DNA from: Candidatus Woesebacteria bacterium GW2011_GWB1_33_38
GTDB lineage: Bacteria; Patescibacteriota; Microgenomatia; UBA8517
Length of the DNA: 64,000 nt
Direction of reading: 5' to 3'
Assembly: GCA_000990005.1 (NCBI GenBank)
Contig: LBPF01000001.1
Location: 26,315-90,314, forward strand
Shown here in pieces: positions 47,200 through 57,340 of this stretch. Every line of letters begins with the position of its first letter. The stretch's first letter is position 1. The position numbers and the translations under genes were made by a program. Under the pieces are notes generated by a model. That model was not told the origin of the DNA. It did no database searches and saw nothing but the letters and a program-made list of their open reading frames with translations.

Positions 47200-48210
47200 A
47201 TGGAAAATATTAAAAATTTAAATTTAAAAGACATGAGGCTTGTCGAAGGAAAATTAGTTGCCGAGATTTGTGAACAAAATATTGCTGAAATAATAAATGA
47301 AGTTGAAAAAGGTTTTGCTCAATTATCAAATGGAGACGCAGTATCTCCGCCATTTATTAATTTTCCAACTGAGGGTCTACATGGTAAAGAAGGTCATGTC
47401 CATTTTAAGGCTGGATATGTTCGAGGCGACGACTATTTCGTTTTTAAGTATTCTGCAGGGTTTTGGGGCAATCAAGAAGTGGGGATTCCTACGGATACTG
47501 GTTTTTTTATGATTTTTGATGCAAAAACAGGTCAACCTGTTTCATTGATTGAAGGAGGAGACTTTACTTTAACTGATCATAGGACAGCCGCTGCTGGCGC
47601 TGTGGCTTCTAAATGGCTTTCCCGAGAGAATAGTAAAACAGTTGGGATAATTGGCAACGGTGTACAAGCTAAACTGCAACTTATTTATCTTAGTAAAGTA
47701 AGAAATATTGAAAGCGTAAAGGTTTGGGGAAGGAACACAAGTCATGTTGCAGAGTATATTGATTGGATGGGTAAAAAGTTCCCCGATATTAATTTGGTTG
47801 GTTGCAAAGAAATTAAAGATGTTGTTTCTGGTGTTGATGTTTTAGTTACGGCTGTTCCAAGTTCTCAACCAATTATTTTTTCAGAATGGATCAGTAAAGG
47901 AACACATATAACAGGGGTTGGTGCTTGTGGACCTACAATGCAAGAACTAGATGCAAAAGTTTTTGGATTACCTAATGTTAAAATATATGCAGATTCCATA
48001 GAAGCTTGTTCTACAAATGGAGATATTCATCATGCGTTAGAAGAAAAAGTTATAACCAGATCAGAAATAAAAGGGAATTTGGGAGATGTGATTATTGGAA
48101 GTGTGAAGGGAAGGGCATCAGATGATGATATTACAATTGTTGATTTGGTAGGCTTAGGTGTTCAAGACGCTAAAATAGGTAATTGGTTTTACAAAAAAAT
48201 TTCTTGCTAG
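47200..48210 (+). CDS. Ornithine cyclodeaminase/mu-crystallin family protein
   Basis: LTDHRTAAAGAVA, GNGVQA, GLGVQD. Confidence 0.92.
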   Translation: MENIKNLNLKDMRLVEGKLVAEICEQNIAEIINEVEKGFAQLSNGDAVSPPFINFPTEGLHGKEGHVHFKAGYVRGDDYFVFKYSAGFWGNQEVGIPTDTGFFMIFDAKTGQPVSLIEGGDFTLTDHRTAAAGAVASKWLSRENSKTVGIIGNGVQAKLQLIYLSKVRNIESVKVWGRNTSHVAEYIDWMGKKFPDINLVGCKEIKDVVSGVDVLVTAVPSSQPIIFSEWISKGTHITGVGACGPTMQELDAKVFGLPNVKIYADSIEACSTNGDIHHALEEKVITRSEIKGNLGDVIIGSVKGRASDDDITIVDLVGLGVQDAKIGNWFYKKISC

Positions 48211-48229
48211 GATATGTATAATAGTCTTT

Positions 48230-48988
48230 ATGCACAAAAATAAAAAACAAAAAGTTGCGGTTGTTACAGGATCGTCTAAAGGAATTGGTAAGGCAATCGC
48301 AATTCGTTTGGCGAGGGATGATTATTATGTTTATGTCACTAGTTTTTCCGACGAGGTAGGTGGTAAAAATACAGTAAGAGAAATTGAAAAAACAGGTGGA
48401 AAAGCTTCCTTACAAGAATTAGATGTTACTGAAGAACAAAGTGTTTTGAGACTGATGAAATTGGTAGGAAAAGAATTTGGTTATCTAGATGTGTTAATTA
48501 ATAACGCTGAACGAGATATAGTTAAGACTATTGAAGATTCAACTTTTGAAGAGTGGAAACTTGCGATTGATACAAAACTTCATGGAGCATGGCTATCTAC
48601 GAAATATGCAATACCTCTTCTAAAGAAAAGCAAAAATGCAAATATAATTATGATATCGAGTAATGCAGACGAGAGGCCCGCAGAAGATATATTATCATAT
48701 GCGACTGCTACAGCCGCACTAACTTCGTTTACGAAATCACTTGCTATACACTTACCAAAATATGGTATTCGTGTAAACGCAGTTATGCCTGGTCAAGTTC
48801 GTACAGATAATTGGGGAGATTCAAAAAATAATGACGAACTTTGGAAGAAATTTGCAGAAGAAAATCCGTTTAAGCGCGTTGCAACAGTAGAAGATATTGC
48901 TGATGCAACAATTTTACTAATTAATGACCCGCATAAATTTTTAAACGGTAATTTTCTTTTTGTAAATGGTGGTAGTCATCTAAAATAG
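48230..48988 (+). CDS. Short-chain dehydrogenase/reductase
   Basis: TGSSKGIG, INNA, IRVNAVMPG, VNGG; YxxxK appears as YATAT. Confidence 0.88.
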   Translation: MHKNKKQKVAVVTGSSKGIGKAIAIRLARDDYYVYVTSFSDEVGGKNTVREIEKTGGKASLQELDVTEEQSVLRLMKLVGKEFGYLDVLINNAERDIVKTIEDSTFEEWKLAIDTKLHGAWLSTKYAIPLLKKSKNANIIMISSNADERPAEDILSYATATAALTSFTKSLAIHLPKYGIRVNAVMPGQVRTDNWGDSKNNDELWKKFAEENPFKRVATVEDIADATILLINDPHKFLNGNFLFVNGGSHLK

Positions 48989-49001
48989 ATTAAGTGTTTT
49001 T

Positions 49002-49029
49002 TGTATCAATGAATTGATTCATTGATACA
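49002..49029. repeat. 28-bp palindrome, type A copy 4
   Basis: TGTATCAATGA-ATTGAT-TCATTGATACA, identical to 1582-1609. Confidence 0.95.
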
Positions 49030-49080
49030 GAGTACAGAGTGAAAAATATCAAGATATAAATGTGGTAGAATTGGAACATT

Positions 49081-49562
49081 ATGGTTAAGGATTTAAATAA
49101 ATTAGCAAGAGAGATAATTGAAAGTAATCAGTATCTAACAATTGCTTCAAGTGGGGGGGCAGACCGTGGATCTCTCCAGTAGTTTACGTATATGATACGG
49201 ATTGGAATTTATATTTTGTTTCCATGCCAACATCAAGGCATTGTGTAAATATAAAAGCAAATAAAGATATTGCAGTTGCAATTTTTGACTCACAACAGCT
49301 TTGGGGTGAAGGAGTAGGGCTTCAAATTGAGGCAATTGCAGAAGTTGTTAATTTAAAGGATTCTCTTAAAATTGCAAAAATTTATGGATTAAGAAAATAT
49401 CCATATGGTGGAATTAATACCAAACGAGCAATTCAATTTATTAAATCGATGGTTTTTGATGGTAAAAGCTATAAAATTTATAAAATTACTCCAAAAACCG
49501 TTTGGATGAATGATCCAAACTCAAGCGTTGATGTCAGAGTAAAAATTGACCTAAAAAAATAA
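49081..49562 (+). pseudogene. Pyridoxamine 5'-phosphate oxidase-like (split-barrel flavin-binding) gene frameshifted at a G7 tract
   Basis: MVKDLNKLAREIIESNQYLTIASS-(G7)-RPWISPVVYVYD..LYFVSMPTSRH..NI. Confidence 0.75.
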
Positions 49563-49587
49563 CTCCAGATTGTTGTAAAATAAAAAG

Positions 49588-51252
49588 GTGAAACGATACA
49601 TTTGGTATATTTTGGTTATTTTAGCCGTAATCCCAGCTTGTTGGAACTTGATGCGTCCTGGTTTTTTCTCCATGCAGGATGATTTACAGGCATTTCGTGT
49701 ACAACAACTTGATAAATGTCTGGATGACTTCCAAATTCCCTGCCGTTGGGTGCCTGATGCAGGTTATGGTTATGGTTATCCTCAGTTTAATTATTACCCT
49801 CCATCTGTTTATTATGTTGGAGCATTACTGCATAGGTTAGGTTTGCAATACATAGATACAGTAAAAATACTCTTTATCTTAGGTTATTTTGCCTCGGCAC
49901 TTGCTATGTTTATTTTGGTTGACTCTTTGATTGGCTCATGGCCAGCCTTTGTATCTTCAATTCTTTATACATATGTGCCTTATAAAGCAGTTGAGGTTTA
50001 CGTTAGAGGAGCAATGAGTGAGTTTTGGGCCTTAACTTTCTTCCCCCTGGTTCTTTGGGCAATATATATGCTAATAAAAAATGGGTCTAAAAAATATTTA
50101 GTTTTATTTTCATTATTTTTAGGTCTACTTCTAACCACTCATAATTTAATGTCTTTAATTTTTGCTCCGATTGCTTTAATTTGGGCAGGATATTGGTTAA
50201 TTGGAGAAAGTAAAAATAAGTGGATCAAAGTTGGTTTATCAGGACTCTTGGGTCTTGGTTTAGCTGCCTTTTTTACACTACCTGTAATTTTTGAGAAAAA
50301 TTTTGTTCATGTTGATTCTATCCTCTCTGGATATTTTGATTATCGTGCACATTTTGTCAGTTTGTATAAGTTGTTTATTTCACGAGAGTGGGGTTATGGT
50401 TCATCTGGTTTTCCAAATGAGCTTTTAAATCTTTCAACAGGGCTTGTCCAATGGATTGTAGGTTTATTAGCAGCGGGCATTGCTTTTGTGAATTACAAAA
50501 AAGAGCGAAAACTATCTATTTTAACTTTATTACTTTGTATCTTATCACTAGTCACCATCTTCATGATTCATATGAAATCAAGCTTTATTTGGGTCAAACT
50601 CCCAATCTTGTGGTGGTTACAGTTTCCATGGAGATATTTAGCGGTTAGTATATTTCTTTTATCAATTTTAGGTGGATTTGCTATCCACTTTTCTAAAAAA
50701 TATAAATATTTATTTGGAGGAATAATTATTATTAGCGTCTTTGTTTTAAATATTGGTTTCTTTGTTCCCAAAGATTGGATTAACATAACAGATAAGGAAA
50801 AGTTTTCAGGAATAAGTTGGCAGAAACAAATGACGATATCGATTTTTGATTATTTGCCAATTTTCGCTGTACTTCCACCAATTAACGAAGCTCCAGATGT
50901 TCCTGAAATTATGGACGGAAAAGCAGAGATATTAAATTACGAAAAAGGCAGTAATTTTCAAACTGGAGATATTAAAGTATTAGAAAATGCGAATATTCGT
51001 TTACCATTATTTGACTTTCCAGGGATGCAGGTTAAAGTTAATGGGCAAAAAGTAAATCATTACAATAATGATTGTAGAGGTACAGACTTTTGTTATGGAT
51101 TAATTTCTTTTAAATTGTCTAAAGGTGAATATAAAATTACGGCAAGACTTACCGATACACCAATTAGAAAAATAGGAAATTTTCTAACATTAACTAGTAT
51201 ACTGATATTGTTTTGGTTAATTATTAAAAATGAAAAAACTCTTACAAAATAA
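49588..51252 (+). CDS. PTPS-related/YfhO-like GT-C membrane protein, paralog 1
   Basis: PCRWVPDAGYGYGYPQFNYYPP, YVRGAMSE, LQFPWRYL. Confidence 0.8.
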   Translation: MKRYIWYILVILAVIPACWNLMRPGFFSMQDDLQAFRVQQLDKCLDDFQIPCRWVPDAGYGYGYPQFNYYPPSVYYVGALLHRLGLQYIDTVKILFILGYFASALAMFILVDSLIGSWPAFVSSILYTYVPYKAVEVYVRGAMSEFWALTFFPLVLWAIYMLIKNGSKKYLVLFSLFLGLLLTTHNLMSLIFAPIALIWAGYWLIGESKNKWIKVGLSGLLGLGLAAFFTLPVIFEKNFVHVDSILSGYFDYRAHFVSLYKLFISREWGYGSSGFPNELLNLSTGLVQWIVGLLAAGIAFVNYKKERKLSILTLLLCILSLVTIFMIHMKSSFIWVKLPILWWLQFPWRYLAVSIFLLSILGGFAIHFSKKYKYLFGGIIIISVFVLNIGFFVPKDWINITDKEKFSGISWQKQMTISIFDYLPIFAVLPPINEAPDVPEIMDGKAEILNYEKGSNFQTGDIKVLENANIRLPLFDFPGMQVKVNGQKVNHYNNDCRGTDFCYGLISFKLSKGEYKITARLTDTPIRKIGNFLTLTSILILFWLIIKNEKTLTK

Positions 51253-52846
51253 CTGGCAGCTTGCTTTAATTTTTGTTCTAGGAATATTTGTTTCATTGCC
51301 GTTGTTTAGGAGCGGATATTTTTCTCATCAAGATGATTTGCATGTAATAAGGATAGTTGAAATACGAAAATGTTTTACCGACTTCCAAATTCCTTGCCGT
51401 TGGGTGCCAGATATGGGTTGGGGAAATGGAATGCCTGTTTTTAATTTCTACGGTGTTTCAGTTTATTACATTGGTGCAATATTAAGTTATTTTGTAGGCT
51501 TTTTAGGTGCATCTAAATTGCTTTTCTTTGCAAGTTTAATATTTGGTAGTTTCGGTCTTTATTTACTGGTCAGAGATTTGTGGGGAAAATATGCAGGTTT
51601 AACTTCAGCAGTACTTTATATGTTTGCCCCCTACAAGGCTCTTGATGTTTATGTTAGGGGTGCGCTTTCAGAAAGTATGGCCTTAGCAATTATTCCCTTT
51701 GTTTTTTACTTTTTTTACAAAAAGTCATTCGGTTGGGCAACCTTTTTCTTGGCTTTATTTTTGATAACACACAATATTATGACTGTCGTATTTCTACCCG
51801 TAATTATTGTATGGATCTTATATCTACTTTGGAGCGAAAATCGGGAACATTATAAGTTATTTTTACTAAGTTTATTACTTGCTTTTGGTCTCTCTGCTTT
51901 TTTTACGTTACCTGCATTTTTGGAAAAAAATTTGGTACAAACAGAAAGTTTAACTAGGTTTGAACTTGATTACAGGGCAAACTTTATCAGTATTCGACAA
52001 TTATTTTTTGATAGAGTTTGGGGATATGGAACCTCAATTCCGGGTCCAACTGGCGCTATGAATTTTCAAATTGGTTGGCCACACTGGATCCTTGCTGTTT
52101 TCACCCCAATCTTCCTATTTTTTAGGAAAACTAAAAAACACTTGCTACTTACTACATTCTACTTTCTACTGTTTGTCATCTCCATTTATATGACTCACAA
52201 TAAGTCAACTATTTTTTGGGAAAATATTAGTATTTTACAGTTTTTTCAATTTCCGTGGAGATTTTTATCGCTATCTATTTTTACATCATCACTTTTGGGG
52301 GGAGTGATTGTTTTTATGACAAAAGAAAAATGGCAAAAGATATTAGCAATAATAATTATAAGTTTGACAGTTTTATTAAATTGGGGTTATTTTAGACCTA
52401 GAGAATATTATGACATTAATGATTCACAAAAATTAACAGGGAATTTATGGGAAGAACAGAGACGTGGTGCACTTTTAGATTATTTACCTAAAACTGCTCT
52501 AGAACCAAGAGAAGGTGCTCCTGAAAATCCGTTAATAATTTCTGGAGAAGCAAAATTAATCAACTTTGTAAATCAGTCGAATCGCTTTTCATTTAATGCC
52601 GATGTAATGACAGTAAGTCAAATCGATATTCCAGTATTTTATTTTCCAAACTGGGAAGTTAAGGTTGATGGAAATAAGCATCTTGTAACACATGATAATA
52701 TTTTAGGTAGAATTTCAATTTTATTAACTCCGGGGCAACATGAGGTAATTGGTAATTTCAAAAACACTCCACTTAGAACATTTGCAAATATGATATCAAT
52801 CATTAGTTTGTTTGCTTTGTTGGGTTTTATAAAATGCAAAAAATAA
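51230..52846 (+). CDS. PTPS-related/YfhO-like GT-C membrane protein, paralog 2
   Basis: PCRWVPDMGWG, YVRGALSE, FQFPWRFL. Confidence 0.8.
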   Translation: MKKLLQNNWQLALIFVLGIFVSLPLFRSGYFSHQDDLHVIRIVEIRKCFTDFQIPCRWVPDMGWGNGMPVFNFYGVSVYYIGAILSYFVGFLGASKLLFFASLIFGSFGLYLLVRDLWGKYAGLTSAVLYMFAPYKALDVYVRGALSESMALAIIPFVFYFFYKKSFGWATFFLALFLITHNIMTVVFLPVIIVWILYLLWSENREHYKLFLLSLLLAFGLSAFFTLPAFLEKNLVQTESLTRFELDYRANFISIRQLFFDRVWGYGTSIPGPTGAMNFQIGWPHWILAVFTPIFLFFRKTKKHLLLTTFYFLLFVISIYMTHNKSTIFWENISILQFFQFPWRFLSLSIFTSSLLGGVIVFMTKEKWQKILAIIIISLTVLLNWGYFRPREYYDINDSQKLTGNLWEEQRRGALLDYLPKTALEPREGAPENPLIISGEAKLINFVNQSNRFSFNADVMTVSQIDIPVFYFPNWEVKVDGNKHLVTHDNILGRISILLTPGQHEVIGNFKNTPLRTFANMISIISLFALLGFIKCKK

Positions 52847-54462
52847 TATCTAAATATTTATTACTAGTAATTTTGATTTTATCAATTCCTGCTGTCCGCT
52901 ATCTTTTTGTCAATGGTTATTTTGGTGTTTCTGATGACCTGCATATTGGCTGGCTTTTTGAGATGAATAGGGCTGTTAAAAGTTTACAATTTCCACCCAG
53001 ATATGTCCCTGATTTAAGTTTTGGTTTTGGCTATCCTCTTTTTACTTTTGTATATCCTCTTCCATTTTACATCGCAGAAATATTTCATTTGATAGGCTTT
53101 TCGCTAGTTAATAGTGTGAAGTTGGTTTTTGGTTTATCAGTTCCTGTATCTATGTATTTCATGTATAAACTTCTAAGAGTATATATGAAGGAGGATTTTT
53201 CGCTAGCCGGTGCTGTTCTCTATGTCTATGCGCCCTACAGGGCTTTAGAATTTTTTGTTAGAGGGACGATAGGAGAGATAACGGCTTTTGTATTTTTTCC
53301 ACTAATCATTTTGGCAATAATAAAAAACAAGCCATACATACTTGCTCTATCTTTTGCTGGTCTAATATTGTCACACAATATTATGGCATATATGTTCATG
53401 CCTTTTTTACTGTTGTTTGTTATCTTAAGAATTTATTTTGTTTCTGTAGACCGTAGTCAATCAGTGGTTAGCAGTTTAAAGTCTTTAGTTTTAGGTCTTT
53501 TGTGTTCTGTCTATTTTTGGCTCCCTGCAATATACGAAAGTACTTTAATGAAATACGATACAGTCTTTAATTTTTATGACCATTTCCCTGCACTAAAACA
53601 ATTTATCACTCCATATTGGGGATATGGGGCATCTGTTCCTGGAAATTATGACACAATGTCTTTTTACATGGGTGCTGTGGGAATTTTAGTTGTTATTTTT
53701 GGTTCAATTATATTTCTCTTAAAAAGAAAAAAATATTCGACAGAGGAAAAGATTTTTATTAGTTGGTCTATAATAGTCTGTTTACTCAGTGTGTTTATGA
53801 TGAATTTTCGTTCGGCTTGGTTTTGGAGAAATTTACCACTTCTACCATACTTCCAATTTCCATGGAGATTTCTGGCAATGGTCACATTAGTTAGTCCGAT
53901 ATTTATGATTGTGTTTTCAAAATTCAAAATATTTAGATTTGTACCATTTATTGTCATCTTCCTTTCAATTTTTCTTAACTTTAATTATTTTAAGACTAGT
54001 GAATATTTAGGTAGAAACGACGATTATTATATAAATAGATATATACCAATTCCTTCAGCAAGTACCCAATATTTGAAAACTTCAGAAGAATATTTAAGAC
54101 TTCCAAAGGAAACAGAAATAAAACCAGACAAGAATTATCCTAGAGCCTTTACAGAAAATCGTGACGCATTACTTGAAATCGAGGAGTTAAATCCACTAGA
54201 TGCAATTATTCAAACTGATAGTAAAAGTGAATTTGTGTTAAGTTATAATAAATATAACTACCCAGGCTTTGGAGCTATAGTTGATGGACAAAAAGTTGAA
54301 ATATTTTCTGGCAAGCCGTTTGGGCAAATTTCAATTAACATACCAAGTGGAAAGCATGAAGTAACAGTAGAGTACAAAGAGTCACTGTTTAGATTGATAT
54401 TTGATATTATTTCAATATCGGCAATTGGAATATCTGTATATTTAATAATTAAAAAGAGATGA
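52834..54462 (+). CDS. PTPS-related/YfhO-like GT-C membrane protein, paralog 3
   Basis: PRYVPDLSFGFGYPLF, FVRGTIGE, FQFPWRFL. Confidence 0.8.
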   Translation: MQKIISKYLLLVILILSIPAVRYLFVNGYFGVSDDLHIGWLFEMNRAVKSLQFPPRYVPDLSFGFGYPLFTFVYPLPFYIAEIFHLIGFSLVNSVKLVFGLSVPVSMYFMYKLLRVYMKEDFSLAGAVLYVYAPYRALEFFVRGTIGEITAFVFFPLIILAIIKNKPYILALSFAGLILSHNIMAYMFMPFLLLFVILRIYFVSVDRSQSVVSSLKSLVLGLLCSVYFWLPAIYESTLMKYDTVFNFYDHFPALKQFITPYWGYGASVPGNYDTMSFYMGAVGILVVIFGSIIFLLKRKKYSTEEKIFISWSIIVCLLSVFMMNFRSAWFWRNLPLLPYFQFPWRFLAMVTLVSPIFMIVFSKFKIFRFVPFIVIFLSIFLNFNYFKTSEYLGRNDDYYINRYIPIPSASTQYLKTSEEYLRLPKETEIKPDKNYPRAFTENRDALLEIEELNPLDAIIQTDSKSEFVLSYNKYNYPGFGAIVDGQKVEIFSGKPFGQISINIPSGKHEVTVEYKESLFRLIFDIISISAIGISVYLIIKKR

Positions 54463-55583
54463 CACGTTTTATAGCAATAGTTTTAACAATTGGGATAATC
54501 TTAAGAATTATATTGTCTCTTGCGACATATCATTCTGATGTTATCCCATTTGATTTTGCTGGGAAAGTAATTTTAGAAGGTAATATCACAAACTTTTACG
54601 ATTATCTTTGGGACCTTCCTGAAGATCACCCGTATTTAAAAGTATATCCGAGAAACTTATTTAACTATCCACCACTTCCTTATTTCTTTTTAGGGGGAGC
54701 GTCGCTTTTAACAACTTGGATGGTAGACCAAAATGTTCATAATAATTTTATATTAGATTTTTCAAAAACCCTAGGCAGTCCCCAGCTTAATTTACTGTTA
54801 TTTTTAATGAAACTTCCATACTTTTTCTTTGATATAGCATTAGCTTTTGTATTGATGGGATTATTTAAAACAGAGAAAGAAAAAAAATGGGCATTTGCAC
54901 TTAGTGCTGTTTTGTTAGGTCTTGGTGCAGGTTTTAAAATATTTCCACTGTTATTTATAATTCCTTTGGTCTTAGTTAAAACTGATTGGTGGGAAAGATT
55001 TAAAATATTATTTACATCGGGGATTACTTATTTGGTGTTTTCATTTCCGTTTATTTTATCAGAAGGTTTTAGAAGAACTGCAATGCTGGCTGGCCAAACA
55101 ACAAAAAGCTTTTACGCGCAAATACCAATTTCAGGTGGTGAATCAGTAATTCTTTTTCTTGTTGCAACTATTTTTATATATTTAATATTTCTTTACCATA
55201 AGACTTACATTGAGTCTTTGTGGCAAAATTTATTTATTATTATATTAACATTTTTCATCTTTACCCATTTTCACCCACAGTGGTTTTTGTGGACAATGCC
55301 ATTTTTTGTGCTGGATTTAGTTTATACAAAGTTTAAACACTGGCCGTTGTTTGTTGGTTTACTAATGACATATGTGGGAATGATTAGTTTTTTTGATTCA
55401 GGTCTGTCTGTTGGTCTTTTTTCAGCAGTTAATCCTGCGCTTTATAATTTGCCAGGTTTTTGGAAAATGATGGGAACAAGTCTTGATATTAATATGGCAA
55501 GAAGTTTATTGCATAGTGTTTTTGTTGGAATTTCGGCCTATTATATATATTACTATTTCCCAAGAAAAGAAAATGAACCTTAG
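54459..55583 (+). CDS. GT87-like membrane glycosyltransferase with apparent internal deletion
   Basis: YHSD, FNYPP, MKLP, FHPQWFLW. Confidence 0.7.
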   Translation: MTRFIAIVLTIGIILRIILSLATYHSDVIPFDFAGKVILEGNITNFYDYLWDLPEDHPYLKVYPRNLFNYPPLPYFFLGGASLLTTWMVDQNVHNNFILDFSKTLGSPQLNLLLFLMKLPYFFFDIALAFVLMGLFKTEKEKKWAFALSAVLLGLGAGFKIFPLLFIIPLVLVKTDWWERFKILFTSGITYLVFSFPFILSEGFRRTAMLAGQTTKSFYAQIPISGGESVILFLVATIFIYLIFLYHKTYIESLWQNLFIIILTFFIFTHFHPQWFLWTMPFFVLDLVYTKFKHWPLFVGLLMTYVGMISFFDSGLSVGLFSAVNPALYNLPGFWKMMGTSLDINMARSLLHSVFVGISAYYIYYYFPRKENEP

Positions 55584-56775
55584 AAAATTATTAGTATTAG
55601 CTGTTGCGCTAAGATTACTTGTTTCTGGATTGTTGTTTCATCCAGATATAAAGACAATAGCTTTTCAAACCTCATTTTTTAAACAAGGTGTTGTTAACAT
55701 TTACCCATATTTAATAAATAATAGGGCAAGTTTATCGTTGAAAGAAGAATTTGTATATTTCCCTTTAACTTATTTTACTCTTGGTAGCTACCAAGCCATA
55801 ATTTCAACTGTTTTGGGAAACAATTTTACAAAATGGCTGTCTGATGCTGGTGCAAATTCTGTGGTTAATAATCCTAATATAATTCTTTATTTAATATTTT
55901 TAAAACTTCCATTATTGATTGCCGATTTAGCAATCGCATTTATACTGCTTAAACTTTTTAAAGACAAAAAAGAAGGGGAACAGGCATTTGCTTTGTGGTT
56001 ATTTAATCCTTTTACAATAGTTTTGATTTATACCTTTTCTAATATTGATCTTTTTGCAGTACTTCTTACATTAATTGCATTTTTATATATTAAAAGAGAA
56101 AAGTTACTGACAGCTGCAATTTTTATTGGCCTTGCTGTATCGTTTAAACTTTATGCGCTTCTTTTTGTACCGTTCTTGATACTTAAGGCAAAAAATACAA
56201 AAGAAAAGATATTGTCTGTAGTTATTCCAATATCAATATTTTTATTTACAATAATTCCATTTTGGTCACAGGCTTTTACAAGCTCAGCGCTTCTTTCTGG
56301 ACTCTCAACGCGACTATTTGGACCAAGTTTTACAATTGGTTTTGGCGAATCAATTGTAATGGGACTATTCTTGATGACCGCATTATTCTTTACAGGTTAT
56401 GTTTTTGACAAGAAGGTCCATTTATTTAATTACTTAGTCAGTTTACTTTTAATTATCTTTTCGTTTTCTCACTTTCATATATCGTGGTTACTTTGGATTG
56501 CACCATTTCTGATTATTTTAGTAGTTAAAAAACCAATTCTGTCGATACCTATATTTTTCTGGGCAATTTTTGCAATAAGTATTCCTTTATTTTATTCAGA
56601 TCGCTCAATGACAATCTCACTATTTAGAATTTATACAACTTGGTACGACATGTTACCAACTCCATTTTTAGCTATACAGAAATTTTACGACCCCTTTATT
56701 TTCCAAAGCATGTTGCACTCTGTTTTAGCAGGAATATCATTAGTAATTGCTTACAAAATAAATAAAAATGACTAA
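55573..56775 (+). CDS. GT87-like membrane glycosyltransferase
   Basis: FHPD, FVYFP, LKLP, WLFNP..SNID. Confidence 0.75.
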   Translation: MNLRKLLVLAVALRLLVSGLLFHPDIKTIAFQTSFFKQGVVNIYPYLINNRASLSLKEEFVYFPLTYFTLGSYQAIISTVLGNNFTKWLSDAGANSVVNNPNIILYLIFLKLPLLIADLAIAFILLKLFKDKKEGEQAFALWLFNPFTIVLIYTFSNIDLFAVLLTLIAFLYIKREKLLTAAIFIGLAVSFKLYALLFVPFLILKAKNTKEKILSVVIPISIFLFTIIPFWSQAFTSSALLSGLSTRLFGPSFTIGFGESIVMGLFLMTALFFTGYVFDKKVHLFNYLVSLLLIIFSFSHFHISWLLWIAPFLIILVVKKPILSIPIFFWAIFAISIPLFYSDRSMTISLFRIYTTWYDMLPTPFLAIQKFYDPFIFQSMLHSVLAGISLVIAYKINKND

Positions 56776-57340
56776 ATTTACTGTCATATCAATATTAGCT
56801 TTAATATTTGTGTTACCTATTCTAATGTTACTTCCAATTAAAATGGTTCCTAGTGGAGATCAGCCAGGGTATGGAGATATGGGTAGAGTTTCTATATATG
56901 GTACCAGAACTTTTACTCAAGAATTTATCTCTAAGAATAATAATTTAATGGCTGTGGGTACAACAATTAAAAACCCAAATTTAAAAAATAAAAAGAATAT
57001 TAATTTTAGCTTGTATGATGAAAAGAATAATTTAATAAGAGAAGTTATGCTAAATGGTTTTAATGTTGGAGATGGCGACTTTGTGAAAATTGTTTTTGAT
57101 CCACTTTCTGATTCAAAAAATAAAAAGTTTAAGTTTATAATTTCTTCACCAACAGCAGGGGAAGAAGAAATAATAGAGTTATTTTTAATTACTCCAACTG
57201 ATTCAGTTCTTAACTATAATTACGGCGAAGAAACAAAAGAAGGTGGAATTCCAATGGTTACATTTCACAAATCAGAGGGCGTTCTTACGAATGTAAAAAC
57301 AATCTATTCTAATATCTTTTCCAAATGGCGAATAAAGTAA
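56768..57340 (+). CDS. Membrane-anchored hypothetical protein
   Basis: N-terminal TM, beta-rich domain, overlaps both neighbours. Confidence 0.6.
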   Translation: MTKFTVISILALIFVLPILMLLPIKMVPSGDQPGYGDMGRVSIYGTRTFTQEFISKNNNLMAVGTTIKNPNLKNKKNINFSLYDEKNNLIREVMLNGFNVGDGDFVKIVFDPLSDSKNKKFKFIISSPTAGEEEIIELFLITPTDSVLNYNYGEETKEGGIPMVTFHKSEGVLTNVKTIYSNIFSKWRIK

